NCBI RefSeq assembly: GCF_964194155.1
Contig: NC_135899.1
Coordinates: forward strand, 25,110,001 to 25,174,000
From: Cetorhinus maximus
Lineage: Eukaryota
Reading direction: 5' to 3'
Length of the DNA: 64,000 bases
The translations under genes were made by a program, and so were the position numbers. The notes under the pieces were generated by a model that was not told the DNA's origin, made no database searches, and saw only the letters and a program-made list of their open reading frames with translations. Of this stretch, positions 12,611 to 23,281 are shown piece after piece. Position 1 is the stretch's first letter. Each line of letters starts with the position of its first letter.

Positions 12611-13194
12611 TCTTGTGCTGTCATTACGGAAATGTCTTATGCTGTTCCACCCGATACCTTTCTCATATAGTTCAAGTGCTGTTTACTCTTACAAACTTTT
12701 CCTCCCATTTTCCCAGTGCTCGCATGTTTTACGAGCAGTATTTATGAAGACAGCGTTCCTAAACGAATCTTCCTCTCTGATTTCAGATTAACGGCCACCC
12801 TTCCGCCCCTGATCAAGAGGAGAGGAAGCAGATGGAAATAATGCGGGTTTTGCTCGGAACTTAACCTCCAAATCTTGAGAAGAAATCCTGACAAGCCCAC
12901 CGCATGCTCCCTGTCCTTGGAAAATCGTATCCCAACTCTCTGACTTTTGTGCCCTTGCCCTGGCTGCCTCGGTGATTGCGGGATTACCATGAGCTCCACC
13001 AGAAACTTTCCACGTGGTGACAAAGTGACATTTTCACTCGCGTACCTCGGTGCCCATTGGAGAGACTTGTGCATTAAGCTTGTGAACAGATGCAGCCAGT
13101 TAAGGGAACAGCGTCGCATCCAGTTGACTTTTGCAGCCGACTTAGTGTGTTGAATGAAGGACTGGGTGGGTGATCTAAGCTCCAGGAATGTGAT

Positions 13195-13960
13195 TTTCAT
13201 AGAATTACATTGAATATTACAGCACAAAAACAGGCCATTTGGCCCAAGTGGTCCATGCTGGTGTTTAGGCTGCACATCAGTCTCCTTTCCCTCTAACTCT
13301 ATCAACAGATCCTTCTATTCCACTGCATTTACCTGGCTTCCTCATAAATGCATCTATGTTAGTTATCTCAACCACACCTCGTGTTAGCCAGTTCCACATT
13401 CTCCATGCTCTCTGGGTAAAGGAGTTCCTCTTGAATTCCCTATTAGATTTATTAGTGCCGATCTTTATTTACAGCCCCTAGTTCCATTTGCCCATGAGTG
13501 GGATTTTCGCTCCTCGCTATGTCTACCCTTTTGAGCCCCTTCATTTTTTCTCTGAGGGTCATGAGCCTTTGGAACTCTCTTCCCGAAAAAGCGGTGGAAG
13601 CAGAGCCTTTGAATATTTTTAAGGCAGAGCTGGATAGATTCTTGAATAACAAGGTGGGTGAAAGGTTATCGGGGGTAGGCAGGAATGTGAGGTTGAGGTT
13701 ACAGTCAGATCAGCCATGACCTTATTGAAAGGCGGAGGAGGCTCGAGGGATCGACTGGCCCACTCCTGCTCATATAGTCGTATGTTCATAATTTTTGAGC
13801 TTTCTGTTGGGATATCCCTTAGCCTTCTCTTTTCTAGAAGAAGGAGCCCCAGCCAGTTCAGCCTTTCCTGGCATCATCCTTGTCTGTCTTTTTTGTAATT
13901 TCTCCAGTGCCTATAAATAATTTTTGTAACATGGAGACCAGAACTTTGCATGTTACACCA
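13195..13960 (-). mobile_element. CR1 fragment (-) interrupted by an opposite-strand CR1 3' end (13545-13790, +)
   Basis: ORF 13498-13719(+) FSLRVMSLWNSLPEKAVEAEPLNIFKAELDRFL; both flanks match the minus-strand CR1 at 3585-3980 and 10975. Confidence 0.65.
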
Positions 13961-14129
13961 AGATCCTCCCTGTCACTGGGTTCCGTTCATGGCTATTCTT
14001 GCTGAGAAATTGGGCCACCCGCTCAGAGATGCTCACCGTGTGTAGGTATAGGTGTCATCAAAATGTCCATCCAAATCTTAGCCGGTGCTCATCTTGGTAA
14101 ACCCATGTTTATTTAATTTAGTGCCTTGC

Positions 14130-14765
14130 ACTTCTCAGCAAATGACCTCTGCTGTTTTGCTTTGTGTTGAAGACGACCACTTTTAAAGCTGCAGTAGCAA
14201 CACGAGTGGTGTCTTCCACTAACAGGAAGCTGCTGTCAAGGTAAAAGGACCTTCTGTCTGCCACACTAATAAGTAACATGGTATATGAATTTCAGTGCTC
14301 GTGCAATAGTCGTATGTTCCAGCGACTGACGGATCGTATCCAACAGCACGTTGCTTCAGTTGCTCAGAATAGGCAAAGTGCTGATTGTACTCAACCAGTC
14401 TATGCTTGCAAAACTCAGAATATAATGTCTAACGTAAGATGTTAGTCCATGATTGGATGGCACACATTGAACAATCCTGAGTGTGTCAAGAATCACACTA
14501 ATCAATTTGGGATTATCAATTGGGCCTACAATGTGGCTCACTTATGCTTGCTAGAAGCTACATATATTTATTCACAGAGACCTGTCCTTTGCAGCCAAAG
14601 GGAACATGTCCAGGCGTTGTGCCTTCTTCGAATTAAACAGCAGTGTGGGGATAATAGTTCCTCGGTGAATTCTCCATGGCAACGAGTCAACCAATCAGAG
14701 TCGACTTACCAACCAATCAGCTTCCTTTTCTCATACAGTATAAATTGTTGCTCCCTTTGAAAACT
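14130..14765 (+). mobile_element. Penelope-like element fragment (GIY-YIG endonuclease C-terminus plus start of pLTR)
   Basis: SNMVYEFQCSC..QRLTDRIQQHV..IGWHTLNNPEC..AHLCLLEATYI..PVLCSQRE, followed by ACCAATCAG..AGTATAAATTG as in the other pLTR copies. Confidence 0.75.
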
Positions 14766-15673
14766 GCTAAAGTTGTTGGGATTTTATTTCTAAAGCTGAA
14801 CCCAGCTTGTGCTGCGCTCTTGTGATCCTGAAACTGATTCACCGCTGATTCGACATGCTAAGTGTCAAGTCATTTCCACAGAACTGCGTCACTCTAATCA
14901 CTGACAGTCGTCACGCTGCCAATCAATGTCATAAATATGGTTCAATAAAGTTCTCCGGAACAGGCCTAGCTGTGTCAATTCCTTTGTCTCCTTCCAGCAC
15001 CTTGCAACGATGGTGGGATGGGATGGTGAAATTTATGTCGCCGGGGGGTACGGGGTCGGGTGGTGGCAGATCAGGTACTCCATTATACATATAGACCGAT
15101 TTTCTTCAATGCAGGGAGTAATGTTGAAGGGTATGTAAAAGGGGGTCCATCCATATTGAGCCCTCATCCAAGTTACTGGATTGCACTCATGCTAAGTGTT
15201 GATTATTGGAGTGGATTTTGCAGTCAGCAGTGAAGTGACCTCGAAGAAAGCTGCCCACAAAGATCGAGGGATTTCTGTGGGGTGGATTTAGGTTTTCCTG
15301 CCATCAGCTTGGATGTGGTAGTAAGTTTGGGGATAATCTCCAGGCATTCAGCAACAGTGATGTCATCGATCAGGGTAAGCAATCAATCCTATTGAAGTAT
15401 TCTCAAGGACAACAAACCAGGTACTGAATTTTGCACTTCTAAACAAAAATGTTACAGGGTGAAGTAAATGACTGGGTCTTCCATGTGAGATTAAGATGGA
15501 AGCTGAAATATGAACAAACCATATAAAAATATTTTGAAAGTACATTATCTTTTTAGCAAAATGGGGAAATTTGACATTCCGCGAATATGAAATTAGCTTT
15601 TCCAACCCAGAGAAGTTGGTCAGCAATAATTATGAACTTTGTATGCAATCAATTCAATGGTAGTACAGAATTG

Positions 15674-16119
15674 GAATATTGCTGAAAAAACAAACATATT
15701 GCCGAAGTTTTTTTACCTAGCACTCATCAGGACAAATACAAAAATACTAAATTTTAAATAATCACAACAATTTATACACCAGGAGAAAAGGGTGCTGATT
15801 GGTAATGCGGCTCATTTATGCTTGCTAGAAGTGGCATACTATACATTCATATGCAAGAACTGGTTGTCTCCAAACAAAAAAAATGTTCAAGCCTTGCACC
15901 TTTTTTGAATTACCCAGGATCTTGGGAAGCCTATAATTCCCCAGTGCTTTCTTCATGGAAATGCCTTAGCCAATCAAAGTTGACTTGCCAACCAATCAGC
16001 TCCCTTTTCTCCTATAGTATAAATTTTTGTGATCGTTTGAAATTTGGCATTCTTGCATTTGTCCTGATGAGTGTGAGGTGAAAAGCTTGGGCAACACGTC
16101 TCTCCTTGCAGCAATATTC
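15674..16119. mobile_element. Penelope-derived element with inverted pLTRs, each bearing a degenerate minimal hammerhead motif
   Basis: Arms 15674-15803 and 15991-16119 are reverse complements (ends GAATATTGCTG/CAGCAATATTC); CTGATGA at 16064-16070(+) and 15724-15730(-); GAAAAGCTT at 16080; core encodes AHLCLLE. Confidence 0.75.
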
Positions 16120-16352
16120 AACTTAGTATGTCACAGAAGATGCTATTCCACCTCATTCAAAATACTCGGTGAAAAATGTTATAGTTGCCTGACGCTGCAA
16201 CCAGAAATGGGAGGGGGGTGGGGGTGGGGGCATCTGGTGGAATTTTAAACTTAAACTGATGGGACTCAGTGCAATGCTGGTTAAAACACCCTCCATTGAT
16301 GCAACAAAGAGTAATATTAAGGCTAGGCGGGATGTAAAACTGGGATTAACAG

Positions 16353-16945
16353 GGATTGCTGCATTGTTCCAGTGAAGCTCAACGCAAACTGGAGGAACAG
16401 CACCTCATCTTCCGACTAGGCACTTTACAGCCTTCCGGACTGAATATTGAGTTCAACAGCTTTAGATCTTGAACTCCCTCCTCCATCCCCACCCCCTTTC
16501 CGTTTCTTCCCCCTCCCTTTGGCTTTTTCCAATAATTTATATAGATTTTTATTTTCCCACCTATTTCCATTATTTTTAAATCTATACCTTTTATGCCCTG
16601 TTAGTCTTATTTCACCCCACCCCCACCAGAGCTGAACCTTGTGTGTCCTGCCATCCATTCTTAATTAGCACATTTTCTTAGATAATATCACCACCTGCAA
16701 CACCTCTTTGTACCTTTTGTCTGTGACATCTTTTGATTACCTGCTCCTATCACTGCTTGCTTGTCCCTACAACCACCCCCCACGCACCCACCCACCCACC
16801 TTAAACCAGCTTATATTTCACCCCTCTCCTAATTTTACTCAGTTCTGTTGAAGGGTCACGAGGACTCGAAACGTCAACTTTGTTCTTCTCCGCCGAAGCT
16901 GCCAGACCTGCTGAGTTTTTCCTGGTATTTCTGTTTTTGTTTTCA
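16353..16945 (+). mobile_element. Penelope-like element 3' end, second family
   Basis: LLHCSSEAQRKLEEQHLIFRLGTLQPSGLNIEF (GIY-YIG C-terminus), followed by a pyrimidine-rich pLTR with a hammerhead motif. Confidence 0.8.
16841..16879 (+). ncRNA. Minimal type I hammerhead-ribozyme motif (variant core CUGUUGA)
   Basis: AGTT-CTGTTGA-A-GGGTC-acgag-GACTC-GAAA-CG-TC-AACT: stem I AGTT/AACT, stem II GGGTC/GACTC, palindromic stem III ACGT. Confidence 0.65.
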
Positions 16946-16989
16946 ATTTCCCGGGCTTGGTGGGGTTTAGTTCCGGGATCGAAATCCAT

Positions 16990-17149
16990 CCAATATGAAC
17001 GCAAAGAAGCAACCAATCATCTTCGGCCATTGAACGATAAGAACCAGCCAATCAGCTGGCGGTACTTGTTGCACCAATCAGGTGCCGTTTGTATCTGACC
17101 AATCAGCGATGTAGTGTCGGCTGCAGGCGGCGGACTGGACTCTATAAAA
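16990..17149 (+). promoter_or_regulatory. Histone H3 promoter: five CCAAT boxes plus TATA
   Basis: CCAAT at 16990, 17013, 17048, 17074 and 17099; TATAAAA at 17143-17149. Confidence 0.85.
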
Positions 17150-17205
17150 GGAGCAGCAGCGGCAGCTTCGCTGTAGTTTCGGGAGGATCCCAGAGGAGGA
17201 GTTAA

Positions 17206-17616
<411 letters not shown>

Positions 17617-17675
17617 GTTAAAACAACCCATTCCCCCCCCACCCCACCCCCAAAAATACAACTCAACACAGCAAC

Positions 17676-17691
17676 GGCTCTTTTCAGAGCC
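17676..17691 (+). terminator. Histone 3' stem-loop with purine-rich downstream element
   Basis: GGCTCTTTTCAGAGCC then ACCAC, with AAAAGAAAGA at ~17703-17712. Confidence 0.95.
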
Positions 17692-18751
17692 ACCACATCA
17701 GTAAAAGAAAGACAAAAATTTAGACGTTAAATCCTAAAACTTTAGGGTCCTTGTTCCTCAGGCTGAAAAGGCATTTTCTCATTCAGCCTTGCTCATTGAT
17801 CAAATTTCTGTATATTGTAAGGCCCCGCCCCGCCTGCATTGTTCTATCATTTTTATCTCGTAAATCTTATGCCCCTTGGTGGCAGTTTTCTATTTCAGAG
17901 CCACCACATCAGCAAATGATTGCCGTTAGGCATCGGATAACTTCGAGCCGCATCCATATTAAGGCGGTGGGTGTCCCTAAGACTTAAAGGGACATAATTT
18001 CTCATCCAGCTTTGTTCCATCTTCCAATGAAATGGCTGATCTGCACCCAAATCTCCCGCCTGCTTTGCGCACACTTTTTATCTTTGCCTCAAATCCCCTA
18101 CTGAGCTCACTTACTAAAATGTCAGCTGCTTATTTTTGGAATGAGCTTCCAAGAAATGTTTGTTACCTTGGCTTTCGAATGTTGTTGCTGTGAAACCCAA
18201 TCCACGCACCCACCTTCTGCCCCCTCCCGCCCCACCCCACCAGTGCAGGAAAAGTTTGCATCTATCCTAAGGTTTCCTTTCAAAATTGTAAAGTCTTGAA
18301 TACTCCCTGTGTGAATTCTGGCCTCGGACTGCTCATTGTGAATGACAGGTCCACACTTTCTACCATCTCCTTGCATGAAGAAATGTTGATTTGAAGGTTA
18401 TGTCCCCTTGACCCGGGTCTTCAAAGTGTAAGCACACTTTCCCATTCAACCCTCTTTCACCATTCAGTAAGCTCGTGACTGATCTGTTACATAACCCCAT
18501 CTTTTCATCTCTTTGCCAAAACTCTTATTAACTTTACCTTTAAACTTATACCACTTTTTGTGTGAAGAAGGAGAACACTTCTTCCTCTGCCTGAATATGT
18601 CTTTCCTCATTTCACTCCTGAAAGGCCTGGTCCTGATTCTGAACTTGACGTGAGAAACGAGACCAAATGTCCCATTTCACAAATGGAACAGGATTATCAT
18701 TCTTCACTGTTCTGACTTCAGTGAGATATTGACTGATCCGTAACTCCATCC

Positions 18752-19258
18752 TGGTCGCCACATTATAGGAAGGATGTGATTGCACTGGGAAGGGTGCAGT
18801 GGAGATTCACCAAGATGTTGCCTAGGCTGGAGGGTTTCAGCAATGTAGTGAGGCTAGATAGGCTGGCGTTGTTTTCCTTAGAGCAGAGAGGGGAACCTGA
18901 TAGAGGTATACAAAATTATGAGGGGCATAGATAGGGTAGATAGAAAGAAACTTTTCCCCTTAGCAGAGGTGTCAATAACCAGGGAACATAGATTTAAGGT
19001 AAGGAACAGGAGGTTTAGAGGGGATTTGAGGAAAAATCTTTTCACCCAAAGGGTGTTGGAATCTGGAACTCACTGCTGAGGGGGTGGTAGAGGCAGGAAC
19101 CCTCACAACATTTAAGAAGTATTTAGATGAGCACTTGAAACGCCATAGCATACAGGGCTACTGGCCAAGGGCTAGAAAATGGGATTAGAATAGATAGGTG
19201 CTTGATGGCCAGCACGGACAAGATGGGCCAAAAGGCCTGTTTCTGTGCTGTATAACTT
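18752..19258 (+). mobile_element. CR1 3' fragment
   Basis: Close match to the reverse complement of 4400-4920. Confidence 0.85.
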
Positions 19259-19489
19259 GCCTTGGTTCCACATCTTTATATTCCCTTTAGTGGAAGATAT
19301 TTCAAACTTTTACCATTCAGGGTAAAGAAATATTGCCTAATTTCTCTTCCTGGTTATGTCCAGGTTAGATTCAGCTGGATTTGGAGCTTTGCATCCAATT
19401 CTGGGCACCATACCTTAGCAGGTAGGAAGGAGATTTACTATAATTACATCAGAAATAAGGGATTTTAGTTATTCAGAGAAACTCAAGTA

Positions 19490-20050
19490 CCTGAATGCAC
19501 TAATAGCCACACTAACAACAAATTTAAGATAATCAGTTAAACTCATAATGTGGCTCATTTGTGCTTGCTAGAAGTGACACACATTAATCCACAGGAACCC
19601 TTGTCTTTTTTTGAGTTACCAGGGAGCTTGGGGAGCCTATAGTTCCCCATTCCTTTCTCCATAGCAAAGCCTTGGCCAATCAGATTTAACTTGGCAACCA
19701 ATCAGCACCCACTTCTCCTGTAGTATAAAGAGTTTGTGATCATTTGCAATTTGGCATTCTTGCAGTTTTCACACAACGAGTGGTTTGGGTCTGGAATGCA
19801 ATGCCTGGAAGTGTGGTGGAGGCAGGATCAATTGAAGCATTCAAGAGGACATGAGGTGATTATTTGAATAGAAACAATCCGCAGGGGTACAGGGAAAGGC
19901 AGTGCAGTGGCACTAGGTCATAATGCTCATTAGGAGAGCTGGTGCAGACACGATGGGCCAAATAGCCTCCTTCTGCACAGTTAAAATTCTGTGCTTCTGC
20001 ATTCAAGATGAAAAGCTTCACAACACTTATCTTTTTAGCAATACTCAAGT
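19490..20050 (+). mobile_element. Penelope fragment whose pLTR/hammerhead is split by a CR1 3' end (19763-19995)
   Basis: AATGTGGCTCATTTGTGCTTGCTAGAAG..ACCAATCAG..GGCATTCTTGCA, then CR1, then AAGATGAAAAGCTTC..CAATACTCAA. Confidence 0.65.
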
Positions 20051-20074
20051 TCTGTATCAACTGGCCGTTTATTC

Positions 20075-20800
20075 AGATAGGGTGGGATAATTTCCTTAGA
20101 GCAGAGAAGATTAAGGGCAATTTTGATAACAGTGTTTGAAATCATGGGGTTTGAGAGACTAAAGAAGGGGAAATTTCCATGGGCAGAAGGGTTGGTAGTC
20201 AGAAGACACGGAATTAAAGAGATTGTCGAAAGACGCATAGTTGAGGTACATTTTTTTTTATATATGTGAGTTGTGACCTGGAATGCACTGGTTGAAAGAG
20301 CAGAAGCAAAAATAACTTTCCAATGGGAATTAATTCAACTAATTTTGCAGAACTACAGGGAAGAGCAGGGCCAGAGGGACTATTTGGCTGTTTCTAAATG
20401 CCAGCAGAGGCATGATGGGCCGAATGGCGTCCTGTGTCGTAGGATTTGATGGAGCACCATAGAAGTTACATCGTCCACTGATTGCCAATATTGATTTCTT
20501 TGTTCGTTCATGGGGTGTGAACGTTGTTCACAAGGTTAGCATTTACTGTCCATCCTTAATTGCCCCTGAGAAAATGGTGGGGATCAGTCACCTTCTTGAA
20601 CATATATCGCCATTCCTTCATTGTCACTGGGTCAAAATCCTGGAAATCCCTCCCTAACAGCACTGTGGGTGTACCTACACCACATGGACTGCAGCGGTTC
20701 AAGAAGGCAGCTCACCACCACCTTCTCAAAGGCAATTCAGGACAAGCAACAACTGCTGGCTTAGCCAGTGACTCCCACATCCAAAGAAACCCAAAAAATT
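20075..20800. mobile_element. Degraded CR1 fragment (20075-20450, +) and back-to-back LINE tails (20495-20600 -, 20600-20800 +)
   Basis: Matches to other copies in the window. Confidence 0.6.
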
Positions 20801-20834
20801 ATAAGGTACTAAGTGCTGCCTTGTTGGCGAGGCA

Positions 20835-21030
20835 GTCAGCGCTGAGGGAGTGCCGCACTGTCAAAGGTACAGTGCTGAGGGAGTGCCGCACTGTCAAAAG
20901 TAGTGATGAGGGAGTGCCCCTCTGTCAAAGGTAGAGTGCTGAGGGAGTGCCGCACTGTCAAAGGTACAGTGCTGAGGGAGTGCCGCACTGTCAAAGGTAC
21001 AGTGCTGAGGGAGTGCCGCACTGTCGGAGG
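20835..21030 (+). repeat. Short 33-bp tandem array inside a Deu-type SINE
   Basis: About 6 units of GTGCTGAGGGAGTGCCGCACTGTCAAAGGTACA; SINE tail follows at 21165-21300. Confidence 0.85.
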
Positions 21031-21384
21031 GGGCAGTCTAGAAGTGCTCCACCATACCCCGCAGACTTCATGGCCACTGCTGCAGTGGGGCTGAGTACAA
21101 CTCGCTTGTATGCAGAGCAGCAGAGCTACCGTCAGCGCGAAAATTAAACTAAGTCAGGATCACCCTGCTGCTTGTGGGATCTTCCTGTACAAATTGGCCG
21201 CCACGTTCCTTGTATGAAAACAAGTGGCTATACTCATTGTGCTGCAAGAACCGTTTTGGGTAACCTCTCGACTGTGCTGTAGACAAATACTTTCGGTTTT
21301 CAGTGCGTCAAATGAAATCGGTTTCACACCGGGAGCGGGAAAGGAACATTGGAAAAAGCTCTCTCATGCAGACTGGGTGAAGTT

Positions 21385-21400
21385 GGCTCTGAAAAGAGCC
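21385..21400 (-). terminator. Histone 3' stem-loop of the H2B gene
   Basis: Minus strand GGCTCTTTTCAGAGCC; downstream GAGAGAGCT is HDE-like. Confidence 0.95.
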
Positions 21401-21432
21401 GTTGTTTGACTGGGAGCGTGCGAGTGGCTCCT

Positions 21433-21810
21433 TCACTTGGAGCTGGTGTACTTGGTGACCGCCTTGGTGCCCTCGGAGACGGCGTGCTTGGCCAGCTCGC
21501 CGGGCACCAGCAGGCGGACGGCGGTTTGGATCTCCCGGGACGACATGGTGTGGCGCCGGCTGTAATGGGCCAGACGGGAGGCCTCGCAGGCGATGCGGTC
21601 GAAGACGTCGTTGACGAACGAGTTCATGATGCTCATGGCCTTGGAGGAGATGCCCGTGTCCGGGTGAACTTGCTTCAGCACCTTGTACACGTAGATGCCG
21701 TAGCTCTCCCGGCGGGCTTTCCTGCGCTTCTTGTCGCCCTTGTGGTGCGACTTGGAAGCTGCCTTTTTGGCGCCCTTCTTGGCGATCACCTTGGTCCCGC
21801 TCTCCGGCAT
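21433..21810 (-). CDS. H2B: Histone H2B, divergent variant (125 aa)
   Basis: [47 protein letters not shown]; ATG at 21810 (the ORF track starts at the upstream GTG); intronless. Confidence 0.97.
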   Translation of the reverse strand: MPESGTKVIAKKGAKKAASKSHHKGDKKRRKARRESYGIYVYKVLKQVHPDTGISSKAMSIMNSFVNDVFDRIACEASRLAHYSRRHTMSSREIQTAVRLLVPGELAKHAVSEGTKAVTKYTSSK

Positions 21811-21876
21811 CACAGTCCTTCCCCTAATGACGTCCGACCAGCCGCCGGACTGACACTGTCACCGCCCGCCGCGCCG

Positions 21877-21963
21877 CTTTACATAGACCCCGATATGCAA
21901 ATGAAGGATCAGGAGGCGCCCCCTTTTTCCTATTGGCTGCCGACACGGTCGCAAGGCGATTGG
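21877..21963 (-). promoter_or_regulatory. H2B promoter: octamer, TATA-like box, two CCAAT boxes
   Basis: ATTTGCAT (21895-21902, -) just upstream of TATGTAAA; CCAAT at 21932-21936 and 21959-21963 (-). Confidence 0.85.
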
Positions 21964-22157
21964 CCCTCGGCCCACGTGGTTAGAAGCTCGCGCCAGTTCC
22001 CAACAGTGATACACAATCTAGAACGTACTTGGTCAAAGTGCAACAGCTCAGCCAGAACTAGCTCCCTGTCAGGCAGAAGAGTTAAGAGAATTGGTTAAGT
22101 GGAAGAATTTTTGCCCTCATTTATTTATGTTTAAATCAGCGAGATTAATTAGATTGG

Positions 22158-22290
22158 AAGAAACAGGAAATCCTGGAAATACTCAAGCAGGTCTGGCTGC
22201 TTCTATGAAGAGACGGAGGGAGAGAGAAACAGAGGTTTCATCAGGACTGAAACACTAACTCTGTTTCTCTCCCCCCTCAGACGCTGCCAG
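22158..22290. mobile_element. Small palindromic remnant of Penelope pLTR ends
   Basis: GAGAGAAACAGAG..CTCTGTTTCTCTC inverted pair; arms resemble 16880-16945. Confidence 0.45.
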
Positions 22291-22297
22291 AGCATTT

Positions 22298-22730
22298 CAA
22301 CAACAACTTATATTTATATAGTGCCTTTAACTTAACATTGTGAAACAAAGTTTGACATGGAGCCACATGAGATGTTAGGTCAACTGGCCAAAAGCTTGGT
22401 TAAAGAGTTTTAAGGAGCGCCTTAAAGGAGGAAAGTGAGGCAGGGAGGCGGAGAGAGGGAATTCCAGAGCCTTGGGACCCAGGTAACTGAAGGCACGGCC
22501 ACCAATCAGGGACGCTCATGAGGGCAGAATTGGATGAGCGCAGATAGTTTGGAGGGTTGTGGGGCTGGAGGAGATTACACAGATAGGGAGAGGCGAGGCC
22601 ATGAATGGATGAGAATTTTAACATCAAGACGTTGCTTGACTGGGAGCTAATGTAGGTCAGCGAGCACAGGGGTGATAGTGAAGCGGGGCTTGGTGCAAGT
22701 TAGGACACGGGCAGCAGAGTTTTGGATGAC
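22298..22730 (-). mobile_element. L2-type LINE 3' fragment
   Basis: IQNSAARVLTCTKPRFTITPVLADLH..HGLASPYLCNLLQPHNP..SSFKALLKT. Confidence 0.75.
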
Positions 22731-23281
22731 GTTTCCAGCTTTTATTTCAGTTTTCCGGAGGCCGCAGTAGTTTGCTTCTGTTTGAATATTGATTAAACTT
22801 GGAGCTGCACAGTATGAGTGATGTTCACACAGAAGAATTATTGCAGGAAGTAGGTTCGCTGTCCTCCTGCTCATCGGGAATTCAGTGCACTACCTTCACA
22901 CACTGCAACAGTTCATTGAAAGTAGGGGTCGACTGTCGCAGGAGCCTTGGTGAGTTGCTGCAGTGCATCTTGTACACGGTATACACTGCTGCCACTGCAT
23001 CGATGGTGAGGGAGTGGATGTTGATGGTGGTAGATGGGGTGCCAATCGCCTGGACGGTGTCGAGCTTCTTGAGTGTTGTTGAGGCTGCACTCATCCAAGC
23101 AAGTGGAGAGTTTTGCATCAGATTAAGCAACAAAGTGCATATTAGTGCAAGGCAAAAGGGGCCAAGGTAATGGCACAAGAAAAGAAAGAAAAGGTTGGTC
23201 TAGTGGCAAATAAGAAAAGCAGAATCTTTATCACCCTCTGCCACAGAAAAAAAAAGTGGTCGTTTGGTGGAACAGAACTTG

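Noticed and set aside
12742-13305. 187-aa minus ORF and a + strand acceptor at 12786 in non-repetitive sequence
   Set aside because: The ORF begins inside a CR1 tail and has no recognisable motif; + frames stop within ~25 codons. It could be UTR, but cannot be supported.
21811-21813. GTG start for H2B given by the ORF track
   Set aside because: The adjacent ATG at 21810 gives the usual M-P-E start.
21349-22098. 249-aa + strand ORF over H2B
   Set aside because: Antisense shadow of the H2B CDS; it is not H2A.
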